The position numbers and the translations under genes are program-made. Below the pieces are notes generated by a model. That model saw nothing but the letters and a program-made list of their open reading frames with translations. It made no database searches and was not told the DNA's origin. From an uncultured delta proteobacterium (lineage in GTDB: Bacteria; Desulfobacterota; Binatia; UBA9968): a stretch of DNA of 64,000 nt. The stretch is from positions 96,001 to 160,000 of the forward strand of contig CAVUVW010000017.1 of the NCBI GenBank assembly GCA_963745035.1, in the 5' to 3' direction. This document shows positions 62,152 through 64,000 of the stretch, one piece after another; the stretch's first letter is position 1, and each line of letters opens with the position of its first letter.

Positions 62152-63153
62152 ATGAATCATAAAATGCGCACGACTGTTCTAATCATCTCATGTGCGTTCT
62201 TTGTCGCATTTCCCTTCATGGCTGGCGCTCAGCTCCGCAAAATCAACATCGCTTACACCGCGACGAGCCCTTATCAAGCAGTCTTGATCGTCGCTCAGGA
62301 AGTCGGCCTGTTCAAAAAGCACAATCTCGATCCGACCTTGGTGTTTACCACCGGCGGTTCGCTTGGCATTCAGGCCATGATCGGCGGCGACGTCGCGATG
62401 ACCTTGTCCGATGGCTCGTCGTCGGTGCTGAGCAAGTTGGCCGGCGTGGATATTCTCGTGATCGCGAGTTTGCTCAATACTTTTCCTTACAGCTTGATCT
62501 CTCTCCCCGAGATCAAGAAAGTCGACCAGCTCAAAGGCGCCAAGATCGCCGTCAGCCGTTTTGGCAGCGCGACGGATTTGAGCGTGAAGATGGCGCTCGC
62601 GAAAGTCGGCCTGAACGCCGAGAAAGACGTTACCTTGTTGCAGATCGGCGCGCAGACCGCGCGTTACGTTGCCTTGCAGTCGAGAAACGTCCAGGCGACG
62701 ATCATCACGCCGCCGTTCACGCTCACCGCGCGCAAAGCCGGCATGCAAACTCTGATCGACATGGCGGAGTTGAACATTCCGTTTCAATTGACCGCGTTGC
62801 TCGCCTTGCGCCCTTATCTCAAGAGCAATCCAGACACGGTGCTGGCGGTGATCCGCACCCTGTCCGAAGCCATCCATTTCTACAAACGCGAGAAGGAAAC
62901 GACGATCAAGATCCTCGGCAAGTATTTGAAGACGGACGACCGCGAAGCCCTCGAAGAAACCCACCGCGAGATCGCCGTCAAGTCGATGCCCGAAAAACCC
63001 TATCCGACCCTGCCGGGGATCAAGACAATTCTCGACGAAACGGCGCTGCGCAATCCGAAAGCGAAGGGGCTCAAGCCCGAAGACTTCGTCGACTCGAGCT
63101 TCGTCAAAAAAGTCGACGACGAAGGATTGTTCGGGCGGCTTTACAAGCGGTAG
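62152..63153 (+). CDS. ABC transporter substrate-binding protein, NMT1/SsuA-like
   Basis: Signal peptide; GLFKKHNLD, LKGAKIAVSRFGSATD, FVDSSFV. Confidence 0.87.
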   Translation: MNHKMRTTVLIISCAFFVAFPFMAGAQLRKINIAYTATSPYQAVLIVAQEVGLFKKHNLDPTLVFTTGGSLGIQAMIGGDVAMTLSDGSSSVLSKLAGVDILVIASLLNTFPYSLISLPEIKKVDQLKGAKIAVSRFGSATDLSVKMALAKVGLNAEKDVTLLQIGAQTARYVALQSRNVQATIITPPFTLTARKAGMQTLIDMAELNIPFQLTALLALRPYLKSNPDTVLAVIRTLSEAIHFYKREKETTIKILGKYLKTDDREALEETHREIAVKSMPEKPYPTLPGIKTILDETALRNPKAKGLKPEDFVDSSFVKKVDDEGLFGRLYKR

Positions 63154-63211
63154 TCGCGATCTGAAGATGTATCATCTCGATACGTCTTCAACTATGGGAG
63201 ACGAGGCGCAC

Positions 63212-64000
63212 ATGCGAAAATTTGTTCTGATTACATCGACCTTCATCGGTTTGTTAGCGGCATCCGCAGTTAACGCCCAATCCGACTTTTTCAAAGGCAA
63301 GCAGATCAAGATCGTCGTCGGCTTTACCGCCGGCGGCATCATCGATCTCTGGGCGCGTCTGTATACTCAACATCTGGGCAAGTACATTCCCGGCAATCCC
63401 GATCTGATTGTACAGAACGTCGCGGGCGGCGGCTCGATGATCGCCGCCAATCAGCTCTACAACGTCGCGAAGCCGGACGGACTTACGCTTGCGATGATTT
63501 CGTCAGGCCTTTATTTCGACCAGTTGATCGGCGTTAAAGAAGTGCAGTTCGATTGGGCCAAGTACGGTTGGATCGGCTCGCCGGTGCGCAACTTCGAAGT
63601 CTTGACCATGCGCGCCGATACTCCTTACCGGAGCATCGAAGATATTCAGAAAGCAGCGCAGCCGCCGCGCTGCGGGACCACCGGCACCGGCGCGACCGGC
63701 CATTACTTTCCCAAATTCATCGAGCAAGCGCTCGGCGCCAAGATTCAGATCGTCTTAGGCTATCCGGGCAACCGCGACGTCGAGGTCGCCATCGAACGCG
63801 GCGAAGTACACTGCTACGCAATCACCAAGGAAGCTTTTTTGCGCGAGCCAGGGAGGTCGTGGTTGAAAAAAGGTTTCGTCCGAGTGTTGGTGCAAGGAGG
63901 ACAAAAGCGGGATTCTCTATTTCCCGAAACGCCGACCATCTATGAGCTAATGGAAAAGCATAAGACTCCGGACGCGCTCAAGCGGTTCGCTTCGGTGCTG
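63212..64000 (+). CDS. Bug/TctC tripartite tricarboxylate transporter receptor (cut by window end)
   Basis: Signal peptide; FFKGKQIKIVVGFTAGGIID, IPGNP, VQNVAGGGS, AKPDGLT, AIERGEV. Confidence 0.88.
   Translation, partial: MRKFVLITSTFIGLLAASAVNAQSDFFKGKQIKIVVGFTAGGIIDLWARLYTQHLGKYIPGNPDLIVQNVAGGGSMIAANQLYNVAKPDGLTLAMISSGLYFDQLIGVKEVQFDWAKYGWIGSPVRNFEVLTMRADTPYRSIEDIQKAAQPPRCGTTGTGATGHYFPKFIEQALGAKIQIVLGYPGNRDVEVAIERGEVHCYAITKEAFLREPGRSWLKKGFVRVLVQGGQKRDSLFPETPTIYELMEKHKTPDALKRFASVL

Overview
GC-rich bacterial chromosomal window. The gene content resembles deltaproteobacteria-like lineages such as Candidatus Binatia/Binatota (inference from the many orphan NMT1/SsuA, TAXI and Bug solute receptors and Amidohydro_2 enzymes). 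Housekeeping genes: rimP-nusA, ntrB-ntrC-thiE, dnaB, queF, ilvD. Also present are a secreted LigE-type DNA ligase and a DnaA-box cluster upstream of dnaB. An HDO diiron oxidase precedes a NAD-linked formate dehydrogenase, a MobA-MoaD fusion and an aldehyde:ferredoxin oxidoreductase. From about 26.7 kb onward the window is mostly catabolic and transport genes. The best candidate for an undescribed system is an island at about 18.1-26.3 kb: a partner-switching cassette with no sigma factor, made of STAS, an MBL hydrolase fused to a degenerate HATPase-like domain, a periplasmic binding protein, a membrane PP2C phosphatase/RsbW kinase fusion, two more STAS proteins and a NOX-like flavocytochrome, with rearrangement scars inside it. 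Other notable items: a trypsin/FHA-membrane protein pair, several intergenic hairpins built from 7-, 8- and 9-mer tandem repeats, and a decayed BrnT/BrnA-like module. Many genes, including essential nusA, carry small frameshifts that are most likely sequencing or assembly errors. No rRNA, tRNA, CRISPR array or intact transposase was recognised. All product calls come from motif recognition, not database searches.
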